Source: an uncultured Gammaproteobacteria bacterium (GTDB taxonomy: Bacteria; Patescibacteriota; Patescibacteriia; UBA11705; JABHMO01). Taken from it: 46,166 nt of DNA. Location: the NCBI GenBank assembly GCA_964565345.1, contig CAZMEQ010000007.1, positions 1-46,166 on the forward strand, written 5' to 3'. Made by a program: the position numbers and the translations under genes. Of the stretch, positions 1 to 11,014 are shown in pieces. Below the pieces are notes generated by a model. The model searched no databases and had not been told where the DNA came from. It saw nothing but the letters and a program-made list of their open reading frames with translations. The stretch's first letter is position 1; each line of letters begins with the position of its first letter.

Positions 1-620
1 GTCGTCCCATCCGCAGCAATGAACTGCTGCATAGCAAGTAGCTTGCGAAGACGCTTGACGAAGGCCTGACCACCAAAGGCGTCGGTGGCCAAGGCGGCCG
101 CAAATTCCTCCCCTCCCGGACGGCCAACCAGGTCAGAGGGACGCGATACCAAGTTCAGGAGCTCACCCAGCTTCCGCAGGACCGCGTCACCGACGTCATG
201 GCCGTAGGTGTCATTGACGTGCTTGAAATGGTCGATGTCGATTGACACTAAGGTCAAACAGCGTGCTGGGTCTTCATGCGGGTGTCCATTCTCACCGCGA
301 CGCTTAGTTGCATCGCCCTCATCGGCAAGGCTTCTATCCGCCGCTGTGCCAGGAAAGCGATAGCGGTGAGCCACCGCAAAGGCTCGACGGAACTCCTCAA
401 ACCACATTCGGCGCGACAGGACGTTAGTCAGCACATCACGATGCCAGGACTCGAGCTCCTCCTGGAGACCTTGGACCTTCTTCTTGAGAAGATCATTGAC
501 TCGGCTGAGTTGCCAGATCTTCACCGAAAGACCCACGATGAGACTCAAGATAAGGATCAAAAAGCCCCAGGTCGTTACACTCCCAAAGGTTTCTCGAACA
601 GAAGCCCAAAGTGCGATCAT
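1..620 (-). CDS. Membrane-anchored GGDEF diguanylate cyclase, 3' end truncated by the window edge; not in the ORF track
   Basis: Manual translation from ATG at 620: MIALWASVRETFGSVTTWGFLILILSLIVGLSVKIW...DVLTNVLSRR...SIDIDHFKHVNDTYGHDVGDAVL...RPSDLVGRPGGEEF. It has the canonical DxDxFKxxNDxxGHxxGD motif, an RxxD I-site and a GGEEF A-site. A GGGGGA RBS lies upstream. Confidence 0.9.
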   Translation of the reverse strand, partial: MIALWASVRETFGSVTTWGFLILILSLIVGLSVKIWQLSRVNDLLKKKVQGLQEELESWHRDVLTNVLSRRMWFEEFRRAFAVAHRYRFPGTAADRSLADEGDATKRRGENGHPHEDPARCLTLVSIDIDHFKHVNDTYGHDVGDAVLRKLGELLNLVSRPSDLVGRPGGEEFAAALATDAFGGQAFVKRLRKLLAMQQFIAADGT

Positions 621-663
621 GGTATCCCCCCGTTAAATGATTTTGCCTTGACTAAGGCCTTTA

Positions 664-692
664 ATAATAACAAAAAAGGTGCCCATTGTCAA
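664..692 (-). promoter_or_regulatory. sigma70-type promoter for the GGDEF gene
   Basis: TTGACA (692-687), 17-nt spacer, TGt extension, TATTAT (669-664) on the minus strand. Confidence 0.65.
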
Positions 693-710
693 TCTTGGAC
701 ACCACTTTTT
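672..710 (-). terminator. Intrinsic terminator after infB
   Basis: GGTGTCCA/TGGGCACC stem followed by T6 on the minus strand, just after the infB stop. Confidence 0.65.
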
Positions 711-718
711 ATCTTAAT

Positions 719-2698
719 TTAAACAATTTTTTTGACCTCTTGTTCTTTGTAAATCTCTAATACATCATTCGCTTCAATCAATGGTTGCCCCTCATATTTT
801 ATGCCGCATTCTTGGCCCTTTACAGCGTCTTTAACTTCTTGTTTCCCGATTTGCAAGACAGTCAATTTCCCTGAAGTTAAAAACTGTTGGTTGCGCATCA
901 CGGCCACCTTGGCCCCTGGCTCAACCTTGCCTTCAAGTACCTTACCACCAACTATTTGCCAATCATTACCCTTTTTAAAAACCATAAGAACACTCATCTT
1001 ACCTAAATCTGTGCGAACAATTTCTGGTTTTATAATCTCATTTAGTTTTCTCTTAACCTCATCAATCAACTCGTAAATAATTCGATATGTTTTAATTTCT
1101 ACTTTTTTATCTCGAGCCAAATCTTCGGCACTTTTTGAAGGGACCACATTAAAGCCCAACAACATCGCACCAGTAGCTTCAGCGCTAGCAATATCACTCT
1201 CTGTAATATACCCCAAACCTTTAGCAACAAAATTAATCTTAATTCCAGCGCGTTCAATCTTTTTTAATGATTCAATTATTGCCTCTTGTGAACCCAAAAC
1301 ATCTGCTCTTAAGATAATATTTAACTCTGTTAAATTCTCTATATTTTCACCAGGAGATTCATTCCCATGCAAAAAGGTCTCATCCTGGTTTTGCATTGCA
1401 TAAACCTTTGCTCTTTTTGCTTGCCTTGGATCTGCTACTACCTCTAAAACATCTCCTACTTTTGGTGCAACCTTTAACCCTAAAATTTCTACTGGCATCG
1501 ACGGATCAGCAGAATCAACAATTTGGCCTAAGTAATTTTTCATGATACGGATACGGCCATACAGGACTCCAGCCATGACAACATAATCACCAACACGCAA
1601 CGTTCCATTTTTGACTAGAACTGTTGCCACAGGCCCCTCACCTTTGCTTACGTGCGACTCTACTATACTCCCAATAAACTCGCCCACGGGATTAGCTTGA
1701 ATCTTATCCGCAATTAAATCAGCAGAAAGTAAAACTGTATCTAAAAGTTCATCAATATTTTTATTAAACTTGGCTGATATTGGCGCAAATACTGTTTGAC
1801 CACCCCATTCTTCGGCCAATAAATTATATTGAGCTAATTCTTGTTTTACCTTTTCTATATTGGCATCAGGCAAATCAATTTTATTAACTGCTACAACAAT
1901 CGGTATTTCCGCGGCTTGGGCGATTTTTATAGATTCCACAGTCTGAGGCTTAACCCCTTCATTTGCCGCCACGACTAAAATAGCAATGTCGGCCACTTTG
2001 GCACCGCGCGAACGCATCGCGGTAAAGGCTTCATGGCCTGGCGTATCAATAAATGTTATTTTTCGCCCCTTGCGTTCGACTTGATATGCACCTATGTGTT
2101 GGGTAATTCCACCTGCTTCACCAGCCACAACATTAGTGTTTCTTATAGCATCCAACAATTTAGTTTTCCCATGATCAACGTGACCCATAACAACTATAAC
2201 GGGTGCTCGTGTTGTTTTTTCGGTCTGATTTTCTAAAACTTCTTTTATTTTTTTGGCCTTATCAACCTCCACAATTTCTTCTAAAGAAATTTCTTTAGTT
2301 TCATAACCCATGTCCGAAGCAATAATGGCGGCGGTCTCATAGTCAATACGTTCATTCATCGAAGTCATTACCCCGTTTTTTATTAATTCAGACAAAACAA
2401 ACGTAACTGGGCGTTTAAGTAAGGCTGCAAAATCTTTGACGGTTAAAACACTGGGGATTTCTAAAATTGTAGTACCATGCTGACCTTCTTCAGCTTCATC
2501 TTTCTTAGAATATTTCAAATATTGTTCTTTTTGTCGTTCTCGTTCTGAAAACTCTCTCCAGGCACGGATAATTTTACCCGCCAACTGGTCATCAACCTTG
2601 ATAGCTTTTTGACCAATATCAAAACCTAGAGCAGGGAGCTTCTCTCTTAAGTCTTGGGCATTGAGCTTTAATTTTCTGGCTAATTCTGTTATATTCAT
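719..2698 (-). CDS. infB: Translation initiation factor IF-2, short form
   Basis: [26 protein letters not shown] and NKID GTPase motifs, plus IF2 N- and C-terminal domains. Confidence 0.98.
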   Translation of the reverse strand: MNITELARKLKLNAQDLREKLPALGFDIGQKAIKVDDQLAGKIIRAWREFSERERQKEQYLKYSKKDEAEEGQHGTTILEIPSVLTVKDFAALLKRPVTFVLSELIKNGVMTSMNERIDYETAAIIASDMGYETKEISLEEIVEVDKAKKIKEVLENQTEKTTRAPVIVVMGHVDHGKTKLLDAIRNTNVVAGEAGGITQHIGAYQVERKGRKITFIDTPGHEAFTAMRSRGAKVADIAILVVAANEGVKPQTVESIKIAQAAEIPIVVAVNKIDLPDANIEKVKQELAQYNLLAEEWGGQTVFAPISAKFNKNIDELLDTVLLSADLIADKIQANPVGEFIGSIVESHVSKGEGPVATVLVKNGTLRVGDYVVMAGVLYGRIRIMKNYLGQIVDSADPSMPVEILGLKVAPKVGDVLEVVADPRQAKRAKVYAMQNQDETFLHGNESPGENIENLTELNIILRADVLGSQEAIIESLKKIERAGIKINFVAKGLGYITESDIASAEATGAMLLGFNVVPSKSAEDLARDKKVEIKTYRIIYELIDEVKRKLNEIIKPEIVRTDLGKMSVLMVFKKGNDWQIVGGKVLEGKVEPGAKVAVMRNQQFLTSGKLTVLQIGKQEVKDAVKGQECGIKYEGQPLIEANDVLEIYKEQEVKKIV

Positions 2699-2769
2699 AT
2701 AAGCTATGTAATGCTTTAATCCTATCAGAAATAGCCCTTAGAGTCAACCCTAATTTAATAAACCAAGAT

Positions 2770-3897
2770 ATGCAATATTTCTTCATTCTAGGCAGACACG
2801 CCGATCTCTCGCTCGCTGAAATTCAAGCGACAATTAAAAGACAGAAAAATGAATCAAAGGCTCTCTTCTTTGGACACGACTGGGCTATTTTAGACATCAA
2901 AAAGGAATTGCAGCCAGAGGCCTTTATTAATCTTTTAGGAGGGACTATTAAGTTGGGTGTAATAATAGAAAAAACCTCGCAAATAAATTCAGAACAAATT
3001 GCTCGTTTAATATCGCCATCAGATAAAAAAATATTTTTAGGTATCAGCTTATATGGATTCCAATATAATTTATCAAAACTAGGTTTAGAAATAAAAAAAA
3101 TCCTTCAAGGACAAGGCAACAAAGTACGCTATGTGACAAGCAAAGAAAATCCTTTAAGTAGTGTAGTCGTACAAAAAAACCATCTTTTAGATCAAGGGGC
3201 AGAAATAATACTGATCAAAAATGGGGCAAACTATTTTATTGGAAAAACTTTGGCGGTTCAGCCATTCGAACAATTTTCAAAATTAGATTATGGGCGACCA
3301 GCGCGAGATTCTTTTTCTGGCATGCTCCCCCCAAAGCTAGCGCAAATTATGGTGAATTTATCCGAGCTACCCAACCAAAGCTTAATTTATGACCCTTTTT
3401 GCGGCTCTGGTACGATTTTACAACAAGGATTATATCTGGGATACAATGTTTTAGGCAGTGATATTAGTCCAAAAGCGATTAAAGACTCAGAGGAAAATTT
3501 ACAATGGCTCACTAAACAGATAACTATTAAAAATAAATATTCTGTCTTTAAATCAGACATAACAAAACAAGGCCCCCTGGGTATGTACCCTGATGCAATT
3601 GTAACTGAACCATATTTAGGCCCCGCGCTCCGCGGACACGAAAAAAAAGATGTCCTCGATAAAAGCTTACAAAATCTTACCCGACTATATCGCACAGCCC
3701 TACAAAAATTTGCCGAATGGTTAAAACCCGGGGGTGTGGTGATAATGGTCATTCCAAAATTCCAAATACAAAATCGTTTTTTGAAGATTGACTTATCGTC
3801 CATTCTACCACCCAGACTAAAAATAGAACAAAAATGGGAATACGCACGAGAAGGGCAACATGTAATAAGAGAAATATATAAACTAAAAAAACAATAG
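2770..3897 (+). CDS. SAM-dependent RNA methyltransferase, Trm11/TrmG10-like
   Basis: LPPKLAQIMVNL, DPFCGSGT, GSDIS and DAIVTEPYLG motifs of amino-methyltransferases, with a THUMP-like N-terminal half. Confidence 0.7.
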   Translation: MQYFFILGRHADLSLAEIQATIKRQKNESKALFFGHDWAILDIKKELQPEAFINLLGGTIKLGVIIEKTSQINSEQIARLISPSDKKIFLGISLYGFQYNLSKLGLEIKKILQGQGNKVRYVTSKENPLSSVVVQKNHLLDQGAEIILIKNGANYFIGKTLAVQPFEQFSKLDYGRPARDSFSGMLPPKLAQIMVNLSELPNQSLIYDPFCGSGTILQQGLYLGYNVLGSDISPKAIKDSEENLQWLTKQITIKNKYSVFKSDITKQGPLGMYPDAIVTEPYLGPALRGHEKKDVLDKSLQNLTRLYRTALQKFAEWLKPGGVVIMVIPKFQIQNRFLKIDLSSILPPRLKIEQKWEYAREGQHVIREIYKLKKQ

Positions 3898-3900
3898 AGC

Positions 3901-3943
3901 AATAAATAATAGCGACAGGATAAACCTGTCGCTATTATTTATT
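3901..3943. terminator. Bidirectional intrinsic terminator
   Basis: Perfect 19-bp inverted repeat AATAAATAATAGCGACAGG-ATAAA-CCTGTCGCTATTATTTATT between convergent genes. Confidence 0.8.
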
Positions 3944-3999
3944 TTTGTTTTGGCCCCTCCAATAAGCCGGAGGTATTCTAACGTTTCTTTTGCAAGAAA

Positions 4000-5013
4000 C
4001 TACTTAGAGCGTTTTTTAGTCTTTCCGCGTAAATGTTCAACTATCCTGCGTAATTTAGACTTCCCTCCCTTTTCTTCCAGCTCTTCGAATAAAACTGCCC
4101 AGGCACCGAGCTGAAATACTGCGTACCAACTACCCACTGAAACTAATAATATGGCAAATAGGATTGCGGCTATTAATACTATTACAACCATGCCAATCTT
4201 GGCCCCTGCGAGAAGGAATAAAAAATATAATAAAACTAATGGTGCCAACATTAGGAAAGATGCGATTGTAAATAGGGCAGCGACGATAAAGTTTATAACG
4301 AAAAGAAGCAGTCCCATTTCCAAGTTCAAAACAACATTTCTTTTAAACAAACCCCAAGCACGAGCTAAAGCTTCTAGCGCTGTTTTCTTTCTTAAGACTG
4401 CATAAGCAACGCCGTAAATGGTTAAGAAATAAATAATTATTCCAAGAACAATAAAAACAACAAATGAAATAATATATATTGCCTGTTGCCACAGAACACT
4501 CTCTACTCTTATTAATGAGACAAAGTAGCTTAACAAGACTAAAAAGCCCAACAAAATCACCTTAGTTATAACGTTAAGTTCTAACACAGGCCAAAACCTA
4601 TCGATCCCGACTTTGAGACATTTTTTAGGTTCCGCCTTTTTATTTTGATCAAATTCTATAAATCCCCTAATTAAAGCACCCTGACAAATAACACCAAAGC
4701 TAATGAGTAATGCTAAAATGATCAAAACAACAAGTAAAGTAAAAATACTCAATCCAAAAGCACTGGCATCAGCTTGCCAAAGCATTTTCATTTTACCCCA
4801 AGTGAGCATACTAAAAACGCCTGATTGGGCGTACTCACGTAAAGTATAAAAAACAGAGCGCCCTTCGGCCATATTATTAAAACTGCGTACCAAGGCTTCA
4901 TAAACACCGCCATTGCCAATGAAAGCTGCGAAAAAACCTAAAAGCCACAACCACTTGTTTTTTAAACTAATTTGCCAGGCTCTTTTTAAAATTGGACGAT
5001 AATAAGGAATCAT
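4000..5013 (-). CDS. Multi-pass membrane protein of unknown function
   Basis: 337-aa ORF with about 6-7 hydrophobic segments and a basic C-tail. Confidence 0.75.
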   Translation of the reverse strand: MIPYYRPILKRAWQISLKNKWLWLLGFFAAFIGNGGVYEALVRSFNNMAEGRSVFYTLREYAQSGVFSMLTWGKMKMLWQADASAFGLSIFTLLVVLIILALLISFGVICQGALIRGFIEFDQNKKAEPKKCLKVGIDRFWPVLELNVITKVILLGFLVLLSYFVSLIRVESVLWQQAIYIISFVVFIVLGIIIYFLTIYGVAYAVLRKKTALEALARAWGLFKRNVVLNLEMGLLLFVINFIVAALFTIASFLMLAPLVLLYFLFLLAGAKIGMVVIVLIAAILFAILLVSVGSWYAVFQLGAWAVLFEELEEKGGKSKLRRIVEHLRGKTKKRSK

Positions 5014-5174
5014 ATTTTTTGATAAGCAAAAACCAAAAAATTTCTTTTGATTTTTGAATTTTATTTTGCTTTGATTCCATTATACCATTATTTTGCTTAT
5101 TAAAGAAAATATTGTGGACAAAAAATTCCACCAGCGCATAATGCTTAGGTGGAATTTTGTACTATTTTTAACGT

Positions 5175-6992
5175 TTACGCTTTCATTAATTTTTCAAAAT
5201 CATCCTTCTCAATTGTTTCTTTTTCTAGCAACACAGCGACCAATTTATCAATCTTTTGCTTATTCTTATTTATTAAGTCAGTCGCAGTATTCACTGCTCG
5301 GTCTATGAACAAATCAATCTCGGCATCAATTTCTTCGGCCACCTTCTCACTATAGTTTCGCTGTTCACGTAAGTCCCGTCCCAGAAAAACTAATTCTTCC
5401 TTTTCTCCAAAAATACGTGGCACTAATTTTTCGCTCATACCGAACTGAGTAATTAAACGACGAGCTAAGTTGGTTGCTTCCTTCAAATCATTGGACGCAC
5501 CAGTGGTAACTTCGCCAAAATATATTTTTTCAGCTACGTGTCCAGCCAATAAAACAGCAAGATCATCAACAAATTCTGACTTTTTATGTAAGTGCTTGTC
5601 TTCTGCAGGCAGCTTTAAAGTATAGCCGGCAGCATGTCCACGCGAGATAATGGAAACTTTATGGACTGGGTCAGAATTTGGCAAAAGCGACGCTACTACT
5701 GCATGTCCAGCTTCATGAACCGCTGTAATTTTCTTTTCTTTATCAGACAACATGTGTGATTTACGTTCTGGTCCCAATAAAACTTTCTCTACACTTTCTA
5801 AAAGTTCATCTTGAGTAATTTTGCGCTTATCACGTCGAGCCGTTAAAATGGCCGCTTCATTAAATAAGTTAGCTAAATCGGCACCCGAAAAACCTGGTGT
5901 ACGCTCCGCAACGCTGCGTATATTAACTTCTGTGGCCAATGGTTTATTCTTAGCGTGCACCTTTAGAATTTCTTCTCTATCATTAATATCTGGCAATTCT
6001 AATACAACCTGTCTATCAAAACGACCAGGCCGGAGCAACGCAGGATCCAAAACATCTGGTCTATTGGTAGCTGCAACAACTATAACATTAGTATTTGGAT
6101 CAAATCCATCCATCTCAACCAAAATCTGATTCAAGGTTTGTTCTCTCTCATCATGTGATCCACCCAAACCAGCGCCACGTTGGCGACCAACAGCGTCAAT
6201 TTCATCAATAAATACTATACATGGAGAATTCTTTTTGGCACGTTTAAACAAATCACGTACACGAGAAGCACCAACACCAACAAACATCTCCACAAATTCT
6301 GAACCAGAAATAGAGAAGAATGGCACATCAGCTTCTCCAGCAACAGCTTTAGCCAATAAAGTCTTACCAGTTCCCGGTGAACCCATTAATAAAACACCTT
6401 TGGGAATTCTTGCCCCTAAGGTAGTGAATTTTTTAGGATTTTTTAGGAACTCAACAACTTCTTGCAGTTCTTCTTTTGCTTCTTTGACTCCGGCAACATC
6501 CTTAAAGGTAACGCGCTGTTTGCCTTTTTGATTCACTTGTCGCGCCTGGCTTTGTCCAAAGCTCAAAGCGCGGGTATTGGCGCCCTGAACCTGTCGCATC
6601 ATATACCAAACGAATCCAACTATTAATATAAGCGGAATTAGGAATGGTAAAAGCGCTGACATCCAAAAGCCAAAACCAGACTCTTCTTTAACTTCGATGT
6701 TAACATTCTTTAATTCTTCTGTTTTTACCCCCAAATTGGTGAGTAGGGTTGATAATGACTCAGAAGTTTCTTTGTAAATTTCTTGTTTGGCATCATCTTG
6801 TAAAGTCACTTCCAAAACATTTCCACGAATATCTATTTGCTTAACTTTTCCCTGTTGCAACTGTTCAACCAGACGATTGATACCAACCACTTCCTTTTTA
6901 TCGCTTGAAACATTGTAAAGACTAAAGACACTCGCAATAAAAAGCAGCACTAGAACAAAAACAATAACGTTTTTTAATAGCTGATTTTTCAT
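5175..6992 (-). CDS. ftsH: ATP-dependent zinc metalloprotease FtsH
   Basis: Two N-terminal TM helices, GSPGTGKT Walker A, FIDEID Walker [29 protein letters not shown] zinc site. Confidence 0.98.
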   Translation of the reverse strand: MKNQLLKNVIVFVLVLLFIASVFSLYNVSSDKKEVVGINRLVEQLQQGKVKQIDIRGNVLEVTLQDDAKQEIYKETSESLSTLLTNLGVKTEELKNVNIEVKEESGFGFWMSALLPFLIPLILIVGFVWYMMRQVQGANTRALSFGQSQARQVNQKGKQRVTFKDVAGVKEAKEELQEVVEFLKNPKKFTTLGARIPKGVLLMGSPGTGKTLLAKAVAGEADVPFFSISGSEFVEMFVGVGASRVRDLFKRAKKNSPCIVFIDEIDAVGRQRGAGLGGSHDEREQTLNQILVEMDGFDPNTNVIVVAATNRPDVLDPALLRPGRFDRQVVLELPDINDREEILKVHAKNKPLATEVNIRSVAERTPGFSGADLANLFNEAAILTARRDKRKITQDELLESVEKVLLGPERKSHMLSDKEKKITAVHEAGHAVVASLLPNSDPVHKVSIISRGHAAGYTLKLPAEDKHLHKKSEFVDDLAVLLAGHVAEKIYFGEVTTGASNDLKEATNLARRLITQFGMSEKLVPRIFGEKEELVFLGRDLREQRNYSEKVAEEIDAEIDLFIDRAVNTATDLINKNKQKIDKLVAVLLEKETIEKDDFEKLMKA

Positions 6993-7000
6993 AGTTTATA

Positions 7001-10000
7001 CTAGACTAATGTTTCTTGAGTAGACGCAGGTGACTCTGTTTCACCTATCACTTCCTTTTTTGCAGGTTCATCGTCGTCATAATCCTCGTCGGATAGCTGC
7101 TCGGCTCTAAAACCAGTTCCAGCTGGGATTAAACGGCCAATGATAACGTTTTCCTTTAAGCCACGTAAATGATCGATTCTACCAGTAACAGCAGAATTAA
7201 TTAACACACGAGCAGTTTCTTGGAAGGAAGCGGCTGACAAGAAGCTTTGAGTTGAAAGAGAAACCTTGGAAATACCCAAGAATACTTCTTCTGCTTCTGC
7301 TTTCTTAGCTCCTTCGCCAAGCTGAGCATTAGCCTCTTCAAATGCTGCTCGTTCTACAACTTCCCCTTCCAACAAGAATGTATCACCAGGATTTTGGACA
7401 TAAACACGTGAGAACATTTGACGCGCAATAAGTTCAACGTGTTTATCATTTAACTTCTGACCTTGTGAAGAGTAAATGTATTGAATTTCTTTAAGTATAT
7501 AAGCCTGGACAGCATCACGACCGGCCACCTTGTAATATTGAGCCAAGTCTAAACTGCCTTCAGTTAGCTGAGCGCCCTTCTCTACCATGTCTCCATCACG
7601 CACCCACAAGACTACGCCCGCTGGAATAATATATTCTTTAATACCTTCAGTATCACTAACAATTTTTAACTTGTCTCCAGCAATGACAATACGACCGTTG
7701 CGACGTGCTTTGACTTTATTCTTTTCATCATCCAAAAACAAGGTTTCTTTTTCACCTACAAGTTCGCCTTCTTTAACTTTCAATTTAAAGCTGTCTTTAA
7801 TGGTGTAAACCTCTTCTTCGGCATCATTATAAGTAATCTTTAAAACACGTTCTCCAAAAGATGTTTGTGCTAAAATTTCACCCTTAGGTCCTTTAATTGT
7901 CTTCTTTTGTTCCTGGATTGAAACCAAACCAGCAACTTCAGCAATCAAAGCCTTTTTCTTAGGTGGTCGTGCTTCGAAGATTTCTTCAACACGTGGCAAA
8001 CCCTGTGTAATGTCAGATCCAGCCACACCACCAGTATGGAATGTTCTCATAGTAAGCTGGGTACCAGGTTCACCGATACTTTGGGCAGCAATAATACCAA
8101 CAGCTGTTCCCAATTCGACCGGCTTATTATAGGCCAAGTCATAGCCATAGCATTTTTGACAAATACCTGTGTGCATTTTGCAACTTAGTGGTGAACGCAA
8201 ATGAATAGCTGGCAAATCTAACTTAGCTAAATCACGCGCGATTTCATCTGTTATCAGTTCGCCTGCCTTCAAAACAACCTTCCCAGACTTTGGATCAAGG
8301 ACATCAGAAATAACGTAGCGGCCAACAGCTCTATCCGTCAACTTTTGCCCCATACGTTCACTTTCTTCCTTTGTCAAAAGTCTTCCTTCTGTATCACCAC
8401 AATCCTCTTCAAGAATTACTAAATCTTGAGCCACATCTACCAAACGACGAGTTAAATAACCAGCATTAGCAGTTCTTAAGGCAGTATCAGACAAACCTTT
8501 ACGTGTACCGTGTGTAGAAATGTAGTATTCCAAAACAGAGAACCCTTCCTTAAAGTTCGCCTTAACTGGTAACTCGATAATTTGACCAGCAGGATTAGTC
8601 ACCAAACCCTTCATACCCAACATTTGAGTAAGCTGCCCCCAAGAACCACGCGCACCAGAGTTAATCATAGAGTAAACTGGGCCTTCTGGATGTAAAATGC
8701 CTTGACTTAATTTTGTTACTTCATCCTTAATACGTGTCCAAACTTCAATAACCTTAGTATAACGTTCATCACCAGTTAATAGGCCTTCATCGTACTGGTT
8801 ATTAATTTCTTCGATTTCTTTATTACCTTTTTCAATTAATTCTTTTTTACCAACAACATCTGGTAAGTCACCCAAGCCCCAAGAGAAGCCAGACTTTGTT
8901 AATTGCTTAAAACCAAAAGACTTAATGCGATCAAGCGTCTCTGCTGTTTCTTCAAAGCCATAAAATTCCAAGCAAAGCTTAACGATTTCACCCATTTTCT
9001 TTTTATCGACTAATTCATTATAAAAAGGTAATTTCTCTGGCAATAAATCGTTGAAAAGAATACGGCCCAATGTTGTATTGAATAATTCATCCTTCTTAAT
9101 TTTAGAACCAAATTCTTTTTTAGTTACTTTAACCAAAATCGGTTCGCGCAAAGTAAGTTTGCGCAAGTCATAAGCAATTTTTGCTTCTTCTACAGAAGAA
9201 AATGCTTTAGGCTTTTGTTCTGCCTTATCAACATTAATTGAAGTGACATAATATCCCCCCCACACCATATCCATAGACGGGGTAGTAACTGGACTGCCTG
9301 TTGCGGGTTTCAATAAATTTTTAGTTGATAACATCTTTTCACGCGCTTCAGCCTTGGCTTGTTCAGTCAAAGGAACATGGACGGCCATTTGGTCACCATC
9401 AAAGTCGGCGTTAAAAGCAGAACAGACAAGTGGATGTAATTGGATGGCGCGACCTTCAATTAAGATCGGTTGAAAAGCTTGAATACCCAAACGGTGTAGG
9501 GTTGGAGCACGATTCAATAACACGTGTGCTTCACGAACTGTTTCTTCTAAAATGTCCCACACCTCAGGTCTATCAGCTTCAATAAAACGATTGGCGCTAC
9601 GAATGTTATGCACGTATTCTCGTTTTATAAGTTGACTAATAATAAATGGTTTGAATAATTCCAAGGCCATTTTCTTTGGCAATCCGCATTGACCTAATTT
9701 TAATTCGGGTCCAATAACAATAACGCTACGGCCAGAATAATCGATACGCTTACCAAGTAAATTTTGGCGGAAACGACCACGTTTCCCTTTCAAATAATCA
9801 GCAATTGATTTTAATTTCCTCTTTTGTCCCGTAGAGGCAGTTGTTGTTTTGCTGTGACGTGCTGAATTGTCTATTAAAGCATCAACCGCTTCTTGCAACA
9901 TGCGTTTTTCGTTGCGGCAGATAACTTCAGGCGCATTTAAATCCAACAAGCGTCGCAAACGATTGTTGCGAGAAATAACACGTCGGTATAAATCATTCAA

Positions 10001-10987
10001 ATCAGATGTGGCAAAACGTCCACCATCAAGTGGTACCATAGGACGTAAATCGGGTGGAATAACTGGGACTGCAGCCAAGATCATGTGCTCTGGTTTAATC
10101 TTGTTACGGCTTAAACTTTTTAGCAACTTGCTGCGATTAATTAATTTTTTTTGCTTGGCTGTGTTTTCTTCCTTTAATTCCTCATCTATTTTTTTAATTT
10201 CAGACTCTAAATCCACTTTTTCTAAAAGTTTACGTACTGCCTCAGCGCCAATACCAGCATCAAAAACATGACCATATTTTAATGACATGTCATGATACTC
10301 AACTTCAGAAATAATCTTTAATGGTTTTAATTCCTTTAATTCTTTGTCAGCGATTTCATAGTCCTCATCCAATAACGCCATCTCTTCGTCGCGCCACTGG
10401 TTAGCTTTAACGATATGATCGTTCCGGTCTTCTTTACTTAAATTTGGATTTGATTCGATTTGTTTAATTTTTTGTTCGAATTGAATTTCGATCGTTTTCT
10501 TTTGCCCCTTATATTCTTTCTTTAAATTCTCGATCTCAGTAGCCTTTAATTCCTCATTTACCTCGGTAACAATAAAGTTAGCAAAATATATAACACGTTC
10601 TAGCTTTTGAATTGAAACATCCAAAACTAAACCAATTTTTGAAGGCACGCCACGTAAAAACCAAATGTGTGAAACTGGTACAGCCAAATCAATGTGACCC
10701 ATGCGTTGGCGGCGCACAATTGAACGAGTAACTTCAACCCCGCATTTATCACAAACAATCCCACGATAACGAATTTTCTTATATTTACCGCAATAACATT
10801 CCCAGTCCTTGCTAGGACCAAAGGTTCGTTCACAGAATAGCCCGTCTTTTTCCGGTTTTTGCGTACGATAATTAATTGTCTCTGGTCTGGTTACTTCGCC
10901 ATGGGACCATGAACGAATATCCTCCGGTGAAGCTAAACGTAATTTGATTGAGTCAAAGTCGTTTATTTTTAATGTGTCTAAGCTCAT
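7001..10987 (-). CDS. rpoC: RNA polymerase beta' subunit
   Basis: NADFDGDQMAVH catalytic motif, CxCGKYK zinc ribbon, trigger loop GEPGTQLTMRTFH. Confidence 0.99.
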   Translation of the reverse strand: MSLDTLKINDFDSIKLRLASPEDIRSWSHGEVTRPETINYRTQKPEKDGLFCERTFGPSKDWECYCGKYKKIRYRGIVCDKCGVEVTRSIVRRQRMGHIDLAVPVSHIWFLRGVPSKIGLVLDVSIQKLERVIYFANFIVTEVNEELKATEIENLKKEYKGQKKTIEIQFEQKIKQIESNPNLSKEDRNDHIVKANQWRDEEMALLDEDYEIADKELKELKPLKIISEVEYHDMSLKYGHVFDAGIGAEAVRKLLEKVDLESEIKKIDEELKEENTAKQKKLINRSKLLKSLSRNKIKPEHMILAAVPVIPPDLRPMVPLDGGRFATSDLNDLYRRVISRNNRLRRLLDLNAPEVICRNEKRMLQEAVDALIDNSARHSKTTTASTGQKRKLKSIADYLKGKRGRFRQNLLGKRIDYSGRSVIVIGPELKLGQCGLPKKMALELFKPFIISQLIKREYVHNIRSANRFIEADRPEVWDILEETVREAHVLLNRAPTLHRLGIQAFQPILIEGRAIQLHPLVCSAFNADFDGDQMAVHVPLTEQAKAEAREKMLSTKNLLKPATGSPVTTPSMDMVWGGYYVTSINVDKAEQKPKAFSSVEEAKIAYDLRKLTLREPILVKVTKKEFGSKIKKDELFNTTLGRILFNDLLPEKLPFYNELVDKKKMGEIVKLCLEFYGFEETAETLDRIKSFGFKQLTKSGFSWGLGDLPDVVGKKELIEKGNKEIEEINNQYDEGLLTGDERYTKVIEVWTRIKDEVTKLSQGILHPEGPVYSMINSGARGSWGQLTQMLGMKGLVTNPAGQIIELPVKANFKEGFSVLEYYISTHGTRKGLSDTALRTANAGYLTRRLVDVAQDLVILEEDCGDTEGRLLTKEESERMGQKLTDRAVGRYVISDVLDPKSGKVVLKAGELITDEIARDLAKLDLPAIHLRSPLSCKMHTGICQKCYGYDLAYNKPVELGTAVGIIAAQSIGEPGTQLTMRTFHTGGVAGSDITQGLPRVEEIFEARPPKKKALIAEVAGLVSIQEQKKTIKGPKGEILAQTSFGERVLKITYNDAEEEVYTIKDSFKLKVKEGELVGEKETLFLDDEKNKVKARRNGRIVIAGDKLKIVSDTEGIKEYIIPAGVVLWVRDGDMVEKGAQLTEGSLDLAQYYKVAGRDAVQAYILKEIQYIYSSQGQKLNDKHVELIARQMFSRVYVQNPGDTFLLEGEVVERAAFEEANAQLGEGAKKAEAEEVFLGISKVSLSTQSFLSAASFQETARVLINSAVTGRIDHLRGLKENVIIGRLIPAGTGFRAEQLSDEDYDDDEPAKKEVIGETESPASTQETLV

Positions 10988-11014
10988 ATGATATATTTCG
11001 TTGATTAATATATG

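Noticed and set aside
276-722. 148-aa + strand ORF in the track
   Set aside because: Antisense shadow of the GGDEF gene, which has clear motifs, an RBS and a promoter.
3387-3902. 171-aa minus ORF
   Set aside because: Fully antisense to the methyltransferase; no motifs.
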